Shown: in pieces, positions 32,131 to 42,114 of the stretch
How positions within the stretch are numbered: the first letter of the stretch is position 1
How the letters are laid out: every line of letters starts with the position of its first letter
Source: Rubripirellula sp.
GTDB lineage: Bacteria; Planctomycetota; Planctomycetia; Pirellulales; Pirellulaceae
Assembly: GCA_965216875.1 (NCBI GenBank)
Contig: OZ244207.1
Location: 3,872,001-3,936,000, forward strand
Length of the DNA: 64,000 bases
Reading direction: 5' to 3'
Notes under the pieces: generated by a model
Databases searched by the model: none
Seen by the model: only the letters and a program-made list of their open reading frames with translations
What the model was told of the DNA's origin: nothing
Program-made: the position numbers and the translations under genes

Positions 32131-35100
32131 CTAAAACGCTTCGGAAGGTGCGAAGCCATCGCGGTCATTGTAAAGCAACTCGTCGATATTCCCTTTCTGC
32201 TGCTCTTGGAAATCACCGTTCATGTTGAAGATATTGCCACGCAAGATGGACTTGCCCTTGGCTTTCTCGGCGGGTTGGCTCGGCGCCGGTGCGGCGGAAG
32301 CTTCTCCTCCAAACGGATCGCCCGCAGGCACTGCCGGTACACCTTGCAAAGAAGTCTGACCGCGGAAAAACGCATACTTGTCGTCATCCACCAGCGCGAT
32401 CACGGTCGAGGATCCTTTGATGTCGTCGGCAACAAACAAGCCTCGCAAATCGGTTGCCCCCGATTGGAATTGGTCGTTGGCCGAACCGATCACTTTGACG
32501 TGAACGTCACCGACAAAGGAATCGGATGCCGAATCTTTTACCGTCACGCGGACTCGTCCCGATTGAACATCTTCAGCCACGTTCAACGCCAACGGGCTAA
32601 CCAACACCAAACCGGAGGCGTACAAGTGTTCGCCTCGACAAACGACCAAGTAGGCCCCTTCATCCTTCAACGGCAGTCGTAGATCTTTGCTGCGGTCGCG
32701 ATAGTCTTTTCCATCACCAAGACTCACCGTCTCTTCGTGATAAGGTTTGATCCCAGCAAGGTTGATCGCAGTAATGCGGTCGAGGTTACGTTGCATCAAC
32801 CCGAACTTCATCAAATCGATGCGATAAACCTTGACCGCCAACTCACTGATGTTTCGGAAGTTCAGCTCGATCGTCTTTTCGGCGTCGGGTTCAATCGTTG
32901 TCACTTCGTCCATTGCGATCTCTTTGCGTGTGAAGAACTCGATCGCTTCCGCCGCATCTGCAAATCGCTCTTTGACCCTGCCGTACTCGATGATCGCGTC
33001 GGCTGCTTTGCCAAGGCTGTGGTAGACCTGGCCCATGATGTAGATCGCTTCCCACTTGTTGTCCGCGACGCGCGTGCTTCCTGTCTCGGCCACGGGGAAT
33101 GAAGCGTCGGCGACTTTGCGGCACATTTCGAGCGCTCGTTCGTGATCTTCGAGTTCGAAATGGCTGTATCCGATCATGTACCAGTACGAATCAAGCAATC
33201 GACTGTCGGGATACCGTTTGGCGTAGGCCTGACATCGCTCGATGGCCGACTCGTATCGGTCCAGGTCGATCAGCGCCGTGGCCAACGCAAAACTGGCTTG
33301 ATCGTCGGCTGGATCGCTAGGCCAATTGGTCACGAAATGATCGAGCATTTCAATTGCTTCGCTGATCAGATGCACTCGATTGAAGCCGTCTTCTTTGAGC
33401 CGTTTGTCTTCTCCAACGGTACTCGAACGTCGATAGACTTCTTGTGCAAGCGCGTACGTTGCCGTTGCAACGTATGACTCAGGCGGATAGTCAGCGAGCA
33501 GCGATTCCATCGCCGCGACGCTCCGTACAAATTCACCCCGGGCATTCAAGAAGCCGGCAACCTGCGACTCACGTTCGAAGCTTGCTTCGACCGTCGAACG
33601 ATAGACAAGGTAACTCCGCTCGTATTCTCTCAGCTCTCGATAAGCGAGTGCGACCTGCAAGATCTGCTCGAAGGTGAGCTCGACCGATGGAAACTTCTCT
33701 TTCAGAATCTCAAAGTACTTGACGGTATGTGCATGGTCATTGCGAGCCAACGATGTTTCAAACAGCCATCCGACAACCTGTTGATTCTGCTTCGCTTTGA
33801 GTCGCCAATTCTCGAACAACTCGGCCAGATGTTGGTGAGCTTGTTCAAAGTCTTTTTTGGCAACCAACTGGCCACCGAAATGGTAGAGTTCGTCAGGCGT
33901 CAACTTGTACTGGTCGCTCGACACCTTGTCGCGACCAAGCACGGCCAGCAGCTTCGTCTTGGCAACGCTCATTCTTGACGGGTCGTAAAAACTGCGGAGC
34001 GACGACGGGGCCAGCTTGTATTGCCCGGGGACGTAACCCACCAAGGTGTAACGAACATCGCCAATGGTTCGTTTTGCTCCGACAAAGAACGTGATACTAC
34101 CGTCCGAAATCTCGAACCTTTGAAAATCACCGGTCACCGATCCGTCCAGCACCGTGCAGCCAGCCGGAAGGGGCTCGGACAGCACAAGGTAGTGATGCTG
34201 TTGATCCGGTGTGTTGGACGAATAACGTCGCCGCGGACTCAACGTGACCTCGCAGCGTGCACCGACGGGCAACTCGGTCAGGGTGTTATAGAACGGACGA
34301 TAGGAACCTTCGACGACACCGAATCCACGTGCCACTTCTTTTCCATCAAGCAGACGTCTGGCGGGTTCGTAGCGTCGCGAAACGGTCCAATCTTTCGTTG
34401 AGCTCGTCAGTTTTTCGGCTGGAACAAAACCGGTTAGCACCGCCGAGTAACTAAAGCGGCCGCGTCCTGTCATGTCAAAATTGATCGCCTGCGTTGCCCC
34501 CGCTTTTAGCAGTTCGCTCGGAATCGTCATCCGCTTGCTACTTTGCTCGGAGGGGTCGAAGGTGAACGTTTCCACTTCCTCGTTGTTAACCGAGACCGTC
34601 ATCGTATACTTTTCGGCGGTATGGCGGCCGCGCGAATGCCAGTCGGCCAACGCTGCGATCGCCGGTCCATTCGCTTTTTCGATGGTCCATCGTGAACCGA
34701 CACGACTTGCCAACAACCACTTGGCCAATTTCTGGATCTTCGCGTTCTCTTGAGCAACGCGTTGGTGAGCCAACATCAACAGAGCTCGCAACTCGACTCC
34801 GTTTCGAGTCCAGGGACTTTCCAAATCAGAACCTGCCGGTGCGGGCGTCCCGTCCGGCCTCACTTCAATGTTTGCCTTGACCAACGCCAACAGCTCCGTC
34901 GACATTTCGTTGTGGTTCATTGCCGACAGTGCGAGCGACAAGTGCACGAGCGAGGCATCGTTCATTTGGTTTCGCTGGCGATAGAGTCGGTTGGCGATTG
35001 CAAAGTTCGCATCCTTGGTTTCGGCCAACGCGTGCATCAGGACGGTTTGCAATTCGATTTGTCCTCGCGGCGCCGAAGCCAACGAGCTTTTCAGGTACGC

Positions 35101-38100
35101 CCGTCCCTTCTCGTAGGCAGGACCAGCAACCGCCAAACCCCTACGCCGAGCCGTTGCGAGCGCCCACATCGCCCGCGCCGAAAAATAGGCGTCCGCGGGT
35201 CCATTGGGCCGCCCCGACCAACTCCATGCCCCGTCATCTCGCTGCGCCGAGACCAACTCGGAAATCGCCGCCGTGACGCGGCCCGCGATCGCTTGGGATT
35301 CGGGCGACGGCTCATCAGCATTTCCAATCATCTGGAGCAGGGCAGTGCCCCCGATCACGTCACTGAGGCTACGTTCCAACGAATTCCCCAAGACGATGCC
35401 GCATCGATCAAGCGAAGGCTCCGTTCCCAACACGCCCTCAATCAACGTGCGATCGATGCTGCCGCCGAGGACGACTTGCAAGGTTGGGTTTTCAGCACCA
35501 ATCGATTCCTCAAAACCAAGCTGCACGAGCGTGCTCTGTGCGGAGCTACCACTGATCGTCTGGTAGACCGGGAAACCGTATGGTCGGATCGCCGCCGTGC
35601 GGACCACCGAATCTGTGATCTCCTGAGACTTCAATTCGACTTTGATCTCGGCGCGTTCCGATGCATCGATGTTGATCGCAAAGTCGATCGTTGAAATTCC
35701 CGCGCCGTCTACTTCGACTTTCTTCTTCTCAGTGACCGTCTTGTCGCCCAACGTCAATGTCAACGCTGCCTCGATCGACCGTTTGCCTTCGAGTGAATTG
35801 TGGATTTCGACGGGAATCACTGCCTTGTCACCGCTAGTGAAGGCCGATGGCATGCGAACCTCGGCGAACAGTTCTTTCTTGGTGAGGATTTCAACGCTCG
35901 CTTGGCCACCAAGCGACGACTTATTGATCGCCTTGCTGCGCAACTTCCACGATGTGGACCTGCCAGGCAACGTCAACACGACTTGAGCCTTGCCGGCATC
36001 GTCAGTCGCAATCCGCGGATTCCAAAACGCCGTTTCCGCCGAGGCCATGCGTGGCAGCAACTGAACGCCTTCGTTCTTGGCAAGTGCTTTCAGTTTTTTT
36101 ACATCACGTCCGTTGAATGCCAGAAACACACCTCGCCCGGTCAACCCATTGATCGTGACATCCTCGGCCATCGGACGATCCCAGGTCGTGATGACGCCCG
36201 GCCCAGGACCAGCCACTCCTTGGCCCGGCACATTAAGCTGCTCGTAGAAAACGTCGATTCGTTGTCGGTACCGATTGGGGATCGCGCCCGACGCGGTTTG
36301 TGGTACCGCAGATTGCCCAGCAAATTGCCCGGCAATCGAAAGATTGGCAGGCACCTGAGCACCGTTGCGGATCACATGCCGACGAGTACCGCTTTGTTGA
36401 TAGGCGGAGCGAAGCTCATCCGTCAGACCTTCAAAGTCCTCTTCGACCATTCCACTGATTCGCCCATCGGCCGCCATCTCGGCAAGTTCAATCGTGGCGA
36501 TGATGCCGTCACCGTCCATGTCAATGTCCGCGCCGCCAGCTTCGACACCCCAACGCCGACCTTCGAAAGAAAAAGAGTCATCAAACTCGGGCGTGATCGC
36601 ATCGTAAAACGCGTTGCTTTCCATCGCGTGCCATTCGTTCACTTCCCCGAGGGCTCGCGTCTGTTGTTGGAGCCGTTCGATTCGCTGTACCTCTGCCAAC
36701 AACTGCTCACTGATCCGCTGCGTGGTCGGACGATACTTGAAAGTGCAACTCGTTGTTTGCCGCACAGCGCGTCGCCGCACATCAGCGCCGAAAAAGGCTT
36801 GAATCGCCCCCTGAAACTCACTAAACCGATTGAGCAAATTGCTTTGAACCAGCGCGAGCGACAGTTCGGCGGCGACCGGTTTGCCCTGTGGATCGGTCAC
36901 TTCTATGTCAACGGTCAAAGGATCGCCTGGGCGGAGCGTCGTCTTGTTTGGCTTAAGCACAACGTTCAAACGCTGCGCCACCTGAAATCCACTTGTCGCA
37001 GTGTGAAATTCGTTGCGTTGCATCACCGCGACGGACAAAAAGAAATTCGGAGCCAACTCAGCGACCATTGGGATGTCGAGCTTGTTGACGCCATTCTTCA
37101 AATTCACCAGCTCATATTGCAGGATCCTGGCACCCTCGAACGTGACCAAAGCCAGGGCCGGCGACTCGCGCCAGTGCAGCTGTACATTTGCCTCTTCGCC
37201 AACCTCGAATGAGTGTCGTTGGGCGAGGATTCGCAATCGAGTCTTGTCTTTGTCGCCCGAGACAAGCAAACGTTTTTGGCCACTGACATCGTTTCCAAAC
37301 TGGTCGGTCCCCGTTGCCCGAACGATGTAGCGTCCTCCTTCTTCCAGCGTTAGCGTCTTGCGCGTTTTTCCCGTGGTGGCATCTGACTTGACCTTGTAGG
37401 TGTCGACCAAACGCTGACCAGCGGTTCCGTTGACCTTGGTCTGCAAAAACACCTCGACAACCAAATCGGTTTCAACGGGAGAGCCAGCGGGATCCGACAC
37501 ATTGAAGGTCGCTTCAAACGACTCGCCGCTGATATACACCTCGCGGGGCCAGTCGACGCCGATTTCGAAACCACGTGTTGCCAGGTACACGTTCTTACTC
37601 GACGCGATTCCGCGATCTGGATATTGAACAGCGAGCGTCAAAGCCTGTGCTTCACTGAAACGCTGAGTGTCGAATTCGATATCGACCTTTCCCTCGGCAT
37701 CGGTTTTGGCAGTAATCTGTTCGCTGCCAGGACCGAATGACAGGATCACCTTCTCGTCCGACAGCGGTGTTCCGTAGTAGTAGCGAAGCGTCGCGGAACC
37801 GACAACTTTTTCGCCGCGGTAGTAAACATCCTTGTTGAGATCGATCACCACTTCGACAGGTTCAAGTCGGTATTCGGCAACGGCAAAACGCGTTTCAAAC
37901 GACAGGTCGTCGGAAGTCGAACGCGTGCGATGCAGATGCACTCGGTATTCACCTTGGGGCGCGGTTTCGGGCAAGATCAAGTTGTTCGAGATCGTGCCAA
38001 ACTCGTTCAGCAGAACATCACTCGATTGGATTTGGCGACCACGAGAGTCGTAGACATCCAACTTGAATTTCTCGCCCGGCGAAAACGTGAAGCGGTCCTG

Positions 38101-40503
38101 ATCGACCCAACGCACGATCCCCTTGATGTTGACCAGTTGTCCGGCTCGGTAGGCTGGCCGATCGGTGTAGAGGTAGCCTCGCGGCGTGAGGCCGACGGCA
38201 AAATCGAGTCCGTTGAGTTGGTTGACCGTCGAAGCGACGTGGCCGTCCCGAATGGCAAACACGCGGAGGTCGGTAATGGACTTGAATCGTTCATCCGAAG
38301 TCTTCAAAACTCCATCGTCGCCAGTGACCGCTTCGGCAAATACTTGGGAACCGTCACTGATCAACACGCTCGTCCCCGGCGCCGGCTTGCCGGTCCGCAT
38401 GTCTTCGACGAAAAGAAACAGTTCGTTTCGAGACGCTTTCACAATCACATCGATGTCGCTCACCACAAGCATGGTGGTGACATCCAACTCGTCCGACGAC
38501 ACCGTCACTGCCGACACCCCAACGCCGTCGACGGGGATCTCGATATCACTGTCAATTCTGCCGTATTGCTGGTACTCGGCGACCGAGTGTTCGAATTGTT
38601 GATCAGGATCGATCAAGGCGATGTCAAGCGACTCGATTCCTCGGGCCAAGTGCATCTTGCGAAAGTAATCGGTCATGTCGACCCGATAGACTTTCACAGT
38701 GACCTTCTCGATGTTTCGCGTCGTGAGTTTGATGCGTGGCTTTTCGTCGCTTCGATACTTGCGTTCGGTCGCGATTTCCAAATGCGGGGTCGTCAGTCGG
38801 CTGATCCGCTGTTTGGCTTGGCCTTCGTAGTTGCCTTTGACTTCTTTGTATCGCTCGAGTGCTTCGGGCAGCCGCTGCAACCGGTCCTCGAGCGTCACAC
38901 CGATCATAAAGGCGGCTTGGGACGCTTCGTTGCTTGACGGGTATTTGTTGACGAGTCTTCGCCAGTCGGCGATGGCATCGAGAAAGAGCTTTTTACATTC
39001 GTCATTGACACGGATGCTTTGCGCAGAATCGCCCCGCGCGATCGCTTCCCGAACACGCTCGTAATGCGTGTCGACACCTTGCTTGAAGTTCATCTGGCCA
39101 AACTGATAGAAGATTCCCGGCGCTCGAGCATCGAGCGGGTACTTGTTCATGAAGGTTTGCCAAACCGTGCGGGCTAACTCGTAGTCTTTGTTGGCATTGG
39201 CGTGTTGGGCTTTGGCATATTCAGCGTCAACGATCTGCTGTTGAACCGACGGCCAATTCGGGTCAGTCGGATGTCGGTCAAGGAACTCGCCCCAGGCCTC
39301 GATCGCTCGATCGAATTGCTGGCTGGCCAGGTAGGCTTGTCCCAGTTGGCGACGCGCGACCGGCAACTGTTTCGATTCGACGTATTTGGGATTCTCGATC
39401 AATTGTTTCAGTTGATCGATCGCCGACTCGTAGCGTTTGTGATGCAAGAAGCCTTGGGCCACCTCAAGCTCTGCGACCGCTGCAAGAGCATGGTTGGGAT
39501 GCGAGTCGAGAAACCGTTCCGCGGCGGCGACTGCAAGTTCGAGATCACCGACCGACCCCGGTTTGGGCAAACCATACGTATGGGCCAAGCGGTACTTTGC
39601 TTGAGCTAGGAACTCGTCGACCGAATCGTCCGCCGCTTCAAACTCCTCGGCTCGCAGCATGTCTTGCCACGTTCGTCGAGCCGCCGCGTGCTGGTTGGCC
39701 TTGAGCTGCACCGCCCCTAATCGATAACGAACTTCGGCAAGTTCCGCGAGCGTTGCACTGACGGCTAACTTCGGTTCGTCGACAGAGTAGTTGGTGAGAA
39801 AACGCCCGAACGCGCCGATCGCTTCACCGTCACTGCCGGTTTCTTCAAAGCAACGCGCGATCCGAAAATCCAACCGTTTCATCAGCTGGCTGGTCGGCTT
39901 GAGCTTGGCGGCTTCCTGGTAGTACGTCAGCGCCTGCTTGAAGTCGGGGCGTTTGGCTTGCGAAGGGTCGTCCGCCGGGATCCCCTCGTAGTAGCGATCC
40001 GCAAACTCCAAATAGATGCTGGCCAGCTCATCCTTGCGTTCATGCGAAAGCAGCTTTTCGGCTTGCTCGCGGTAGATGAGTCCGGCTTCGTTGTAGAGTC
40101 GCTGGTCGACCAACACGCCCGCTCGTCCGAATTGGGCGCGATTGGCCCACACGCTGTCAGGAAAGTCATCCTCGACCTTTTGATACGCCTTGATCGCTTC
40201 GTCATAGCGGTTCAGTTCCGCAAAGGCGATGCCGCGCAGGTACGACAAGTAGGCAACCGTGTCCTCGGGCAATCTTGGTTTGACGAGCAACTGGTCAAGC
40301 TGCTCGATCGCTTCGTCATACGAGCGCGACTGGATCGCTTCGTGAACCTCTGCTGGGATCCGCGGTAGCGAGGTAATCTTGGGCGGACTCTTCTTGGCAT
40401 CACCCTGGGCACCGTCTTGGTCACCTTGAGCGTAAAGAGTAGGTGCCAGCAAACATGCCAACACGGTAGCTAGGGCGAAACGAAATGGGTTCCGACGGAG
40501 CAT
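32131..40503 (-). CDS. Giant TPR-containing alpha-2-macroglobulin family protein (2790 aa)
   Basis: Signal peptide; N-terminal TPRs; MG2 motif YLYTDRPAYRAGQLV; FAVAEYRLEPVEV; A2M motif ETAFWNP..TDDAGKA..TLP...TSW; QRDDGAWSW; EPLPAGC; C-terminal TPRs. Confidence 0.9.
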   Translation of the reverse strand: MLRRNPFRFALATVLACLLAPTLYAQGDQDGAQGDAKKSPPKITSLPRIPAEVHEAIQSRSYDEAIEQLDQLLVKPRLPEDTVAYLSYLRGIAFAELNRYDEAIKAYQKVEDDFPDSVWANRAQFGRAGVLVDQRLYNEAGLIYREQAEKLLSHERKDELASIYLEFADRYYEGIPADDPSQAKRPDFKQALTYYQEAAKLKPTSQLMKRLDFRIARCFEETGSDGEAIGAFGRFLTNYSVDEPKLAVSATLAELAEVRYRLGAVQLKANQHAAARRTWQDMLRAEEFEAADDSVDEFLAQAKYRLAHTYGLPKPGSVGDLELAVAAAERFLDSHPNHALAAVAELEVAQGFLHHKRYESAIDQLKQLIENPKYVESKQLPVARRQLGQAYLASQQFDRAIEAWGEFLDRHPTDPNWPSVQQQIVDAEYAKAQHANANKDYELARTVWQTFMNKYPLDARAPGIFYQFGQMNFKQGVDTHYERVREAIARGDSAQSIRVNDECKKLFLDAIADWRRLVNKYPSSNEASQAAFMIGVTLEDRLQRLPEALERYKEVKGNYEGQAKQRISRLTTPHLEIATERKYRSDEKPRIKLTTRNIEKVTVKVYRVDMTDYFRKMHLARGIESLDIALIDPDQQFEHSVAEYQQYGRIDSDIEIPVDGVGVSAVTVSSDELDVTTMLVVSDIDVIVKASRNELFLFVEDMRTGKPAPGTSVLISDGSQVFAEAVTGDDGVLKTSDERFKSITDLRVFAIRDGHVASTVNQLNGLDFAVGLTPRGYLYTDRPAYRAGQLVNIKGIVRWVDQDRFTFSPGEKFKLDVYDSRGRQIQSSDVLLNEFGTISNNLILPETAPQGEYRVHLHRTRSTSDDLSFETRFAVAEYRLEPVEVVIDLNKDVYYRGEKVVGSATLRYYYGTPLSDEKVILSFGPGSEQITAKTDAEGKVDIEFDTQRFSEAQALTLAVQYPDRGIASSKNVYLATRGFEIGVDWPREVYISGESFEATFNVSDPAGSPVETDLVVEVFLQTKVNGTAGQRLVDTYKVKSDATTGKTRKTLTLEEGGRYIVRATGTDQFGNDVSGQKRLLVSGDKDKTRLRILAQRHSFEVGEEANVQLHWRESPALALVTFEGARILQYELVNLKNGVNKLDIPMVAELAPNFFLSVAVMQRNEFHTATSGFQVAQRLNVVLKPNKTTLRPGDPLTVDIEVTDPQGKPVAAELSLALVQSNLLNRFSEFQGAIQAFFGADVRRRAVRQTTSCTFKYRPTTQRISEQLLAEVQRIERLQQQTRALGEVNEWHAMESNAFYDAITPEFDDSFSFEGRRWGVEAGGADIDMDGDGIIATIELAEMAADGRISGMVEEDFEGLTDELRSAYQQSGTRRHVIRNGAQVPANLSIAGQFAGQSAVPQTASGAIPNRYRQRIDVFYEQLNVPGQGVAGPGPGVITTWDRPMAEDVTINGLTGRGVFLAFNGRDVKKLKALAKNEGVQLLPRMASAETAFWNPRIATDDAGKAQVVLTLPGRSTSWKLRSKAINKSSLGGQASVEILTKKELFAEVRMPSAFTSGDKAVIPVEIHNSLEGKRSIEAALTLTLGDKTVTEKKKVEVDGAGISTIDFAINIDASERAEIKVELKSQEITDSVVRTAAIRPYGFPVYQTISGSSAQSTLVQLGFEESIGAENPTLQVVLGGSIDRTLIEGVLGTEPSLDRCGIVLGNSLERSLSDVIGGTALLQMIGNADEPSPESQAIAGRVTAAISELVSAQRDDGAWSWSGRPNGPADAYFSARAMWALATARRRGLAVAGPAYEKGRAYLKSSLASAPRGQIELQTVLMHALAETKDANFAIANRLYRQRNQMNDASLVHLSLALSAMNHNEMSTELLALVKANIEVRPDGTPAPAGSDLESPWTRNGVELRALLMLAHQRVAQENAKIQKLAKWLLASRVGSRWTIEKANGPAIAALADWHSRGRHTAEKYTMTVSVNNEEVETFTFDPSEQSSKRMTIPSELLKAGATQAINFDMTGRGRFSYSAVLTGFVPAEKLTSSTKDWTVSRRYEPARRLLDGKEVARGFGVVEGSYRPFYNTLTELPVGARCEVTLSPRRRYSSNTPDQQHHYLVLSEPLPAGCTVLDGSVTGDFQRFEISDGSITFFVGAKRTIGDVRYTLVGYVPGQYKLAPSSLRSFYDPSRMSVAKTKLLAVLGRDKVSSDQYKLTPDELYHFGGQLVAKKDFEQAHQHLAELFENWRLKAKQNQQVVGWLFETSLARNDHAHTVKYFEILKEKFPSVELTFEQILQVALAYRELREYERSYLVYRSTVEASFERESQVAGFLNARGEFVRSVAAMESLLADYPPESYVATATYALAQEVYRRSSTVGEDKRLKEDGFNRVHLISEAIEMLDHFVTNWPSDPADDQASFALATALIDLDRYESAIERCQAYAKRYPDSRLLDSYWYMIGYSHFELEDHERALEMCRKVADASFPVAETGSTRVADNKWEAIYIMGQVYHSLGKAADAIIEYGRVKERFADAAEAIEFFTRKEIAMDEVTTIEPDAEKTIELNFRNISELAVKVYRIDLMKFGLMQRNLDRITAINLAGIKPYHEETVSLGDGKDYRDRSKDLRLPLKDEGAYLVVCRGEHLYASGLVLVSPLALNVAEDVQSGRVRVTVKDSASDSFVGDVHVKVIGSANDQFQSGATDLRGLFVADDIKGSSTVIALVDDDKYAFFRGQTSLQGVPAVPAGDPFGGEASAAPAPSQPAEKAKGKSILRGNIFNMNGDFQEQQKGNIDELLYNDRDGFAPSEAF

Positions 40504-40644
40504 GTTTCCGTATCCTCACTTCGAGAAGGCTGGGCGCAGACAGAGGGTGCTGCGAGATGAGCACGTCACATGTACAACGACCAGCCTACCAACCTGTTAG
40601 GTGCTTTTGTCGAATTTGTGCGATCCGAAAGGCGATGTTTTTGC

Positions 40645-40687
40645 GTAGGCCGGAATCAAGGAGCGACTGCGACGCAGATCCGGCACG
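40645..40687 (+). repeat. Family E GTAG-REP (enterobacterial-REP-like)
   Basis: GTAGGCCGGAATCAAGGAGCGACTGCGACGCAGATCCGGCACG; copies at 59383-59424 (inverted) and 63398-63438. Confidence 0.8.
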
Positions 40688-40714
40688 ATCTCAATACGTC
40701 AATCCTTTAGGGCT

Positions 40715-40973
40715 GTAGCATCCTTCGCCAGAAGGTGGAACACGCTACCAAGCGGCTCTCCAACACCCCACGCTCTGGCGAGCGTAGCTACGAGGGAACA
40801 GGGCTGTAGCTACCTTCGCCAGAAGGTGGAACGCGCGACCGAACGGCTCTCCACCACCCCACGCTATGGCGAGCGTAGCTACGAGGTAGTAGGGCTGTAG
40901 CTACCTTCGCCAGAAGGTGGAACGCGCTACCGAACGTCTCTCCAACACCCCACGCTCTGGCGAGCGTAGCTAC
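40715..40973. repeat. Tandem array of three family B REP doublets, 91-bp period
   Basis: GTAG..CCTTCGCCAGAAGGTGG at 40715, 40806 and 40897, each followed by CCACGCT.TGGCGAGCGTAGCTAC at 40768, 40859 and 40950. Confidence 0.92.
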
Positions 40974-41016
40974 GGGTTGGCGACGAGTAGCGTAGCGACG
41001 GCGTCGCGACGGGGAA

Positions 41017-41628
41017 TCACTCGTTCTCGGGGTTTTGCTTGCGGTGTCGCTCAAGACGCTCGATCGCGCGGAGAAGCTGCTTCTTGGCGATTTCCACCTC
41101 CTTGTCTTTGCGACGAATCCCCTCGGTTGATGACAGGCTGCGTCCAATCAACCGCTCGAGTTGTTGTTGCTGGACTTGGACGTCGGCCAGGGTAGCGCGT
41201 GCATATTCAACCTCGGTCTCGAGCACAAGCTCGCGATCCCCATGCGCCGCGATTGCTTCTTCGAGCTGCAGTTTTGCGACTTCGACCGCATGCTTGGCAA
41301 CGGCAAGCTCATGCTCGTTTGCCTGCCCATTGGCAACGGCAGTTTCGGTCGAGGCAAGCTTACTTTCAGCCAGCGTGACATTCGCTTTACTTACGGCGAT
41401 GCTTGATTGGTTGGATTCCCCTCCTGACCGTTCGGCCAACTTCCGTTCCAGCTGCTTGACACGTGCCTCGAGACGATCGATCCGCTTGTCCAACCGCAAC
41501 GACTCGGCCTGCCGACTGACCCTCGATTCGGCCGACGAGGGAAACTGCCCTTGGCACCAGTTCACCGTCACAGCGACCGCCAACAAACAACCGATGAAAC
41601 AGATTCGCTTTCGCGGTACACGGCCCAT
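41017..41628 (-). CDS. Hypothetical exported coiled-coil protein
   Basis: Signal-like N-terminus followed by heptad-rich helices (RIDRLEARVKQLERKL). Confidence 0.7.
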   Translation of the reverse strand: MGRVPRKRICFIGCLLAVAVTVNWCQGQFPSSAESRVSRQAESLRLDKRIDRLEARVKQLERKLAERSGGESNQSSIAVSKANVTLAESKLASTETAVANGQANEHELAVAKHAVEVAKLQLEEAIAAHGDRELVLETEVEYARATLADVQVQQQQLERLIGRSLSSTEGIRRKDKEVEIAKKQLLRAIERLERHRKQNPENE

Positions 41629-41747
41629 GGAGTTGCTCCTGATTTCGACTACAGTTCAAATGTCGACTACCGAATCATAATGGCAAGCATCCATTGCACA
41701 CGATTCGGTGAAATCCGAAATTCCAACAAGATTGCCCCACGACAACG

Positions 41748-42098
41748 ATGATCGACTACGAAACGTACACCACCGGTGATGACGATGACATTCTGGTGAT
41801 GGAGCTTGCCGGACGCCTCGATGAACACACGTCCGATTTCCTGGTCGACTGCCTCTCGCGTCACCTCGCCAAAGGCCTGACCAAGATCATCCTCGACTGT
41901 AGCAATCTCGAACAAGTCTCCAGTTTCGGCCTGAGCGCCCTGGTACGAGTTCACACGCGCCTGAAACGAAGTGGTGGCGAAGTGAAGCTGGCCGAAGTCT
42001 CAGGAACGATCGCCGACGTGTTGAGGATCGTCCATTTCGACCGACTGTTTAACATCTACCCAACGGTCGAAGCGGCGCAGCAAGCGCTCGAACAATAA
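41748..42098 (+). CDS. STAS domain anti-sigma factor antagonist
   Basis: LAGRLDE, IILDCSNLEQVSSFGLSALV, GGEVKLA, IYPTVEAA. Confidence 0.9.
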   Translation: MIDYETYTTGDDDDILVMELAGRLDEHTSDFLVDCLSRHLAKGLTKIILDCSNLEQVSSFGLSALVRVHTRLKRSGGEVKLAEVSGTIADVLRIVHFDRLFNIYPTVEAAQQALEQ

Positions 42099-42114
42099 CG
42101 CTCGCCCCTCGTCC

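Noticed and set aside
32116..40368. Long plus-strand ORFs (e.g. 35800-37212, 37930-38937) opposite the alpha-2-macroglobulin
   Set aside because: Antisense shadows typical of GC-rich coding DNA, with no motifs
40715..40973. Possible CRISPR array (regular 91-bp period)
   Set aside because: Intervening sequences are near-identical rather than unique spacers, units are inverted REP pairs found elsewhere in the window, and no cas genes are present
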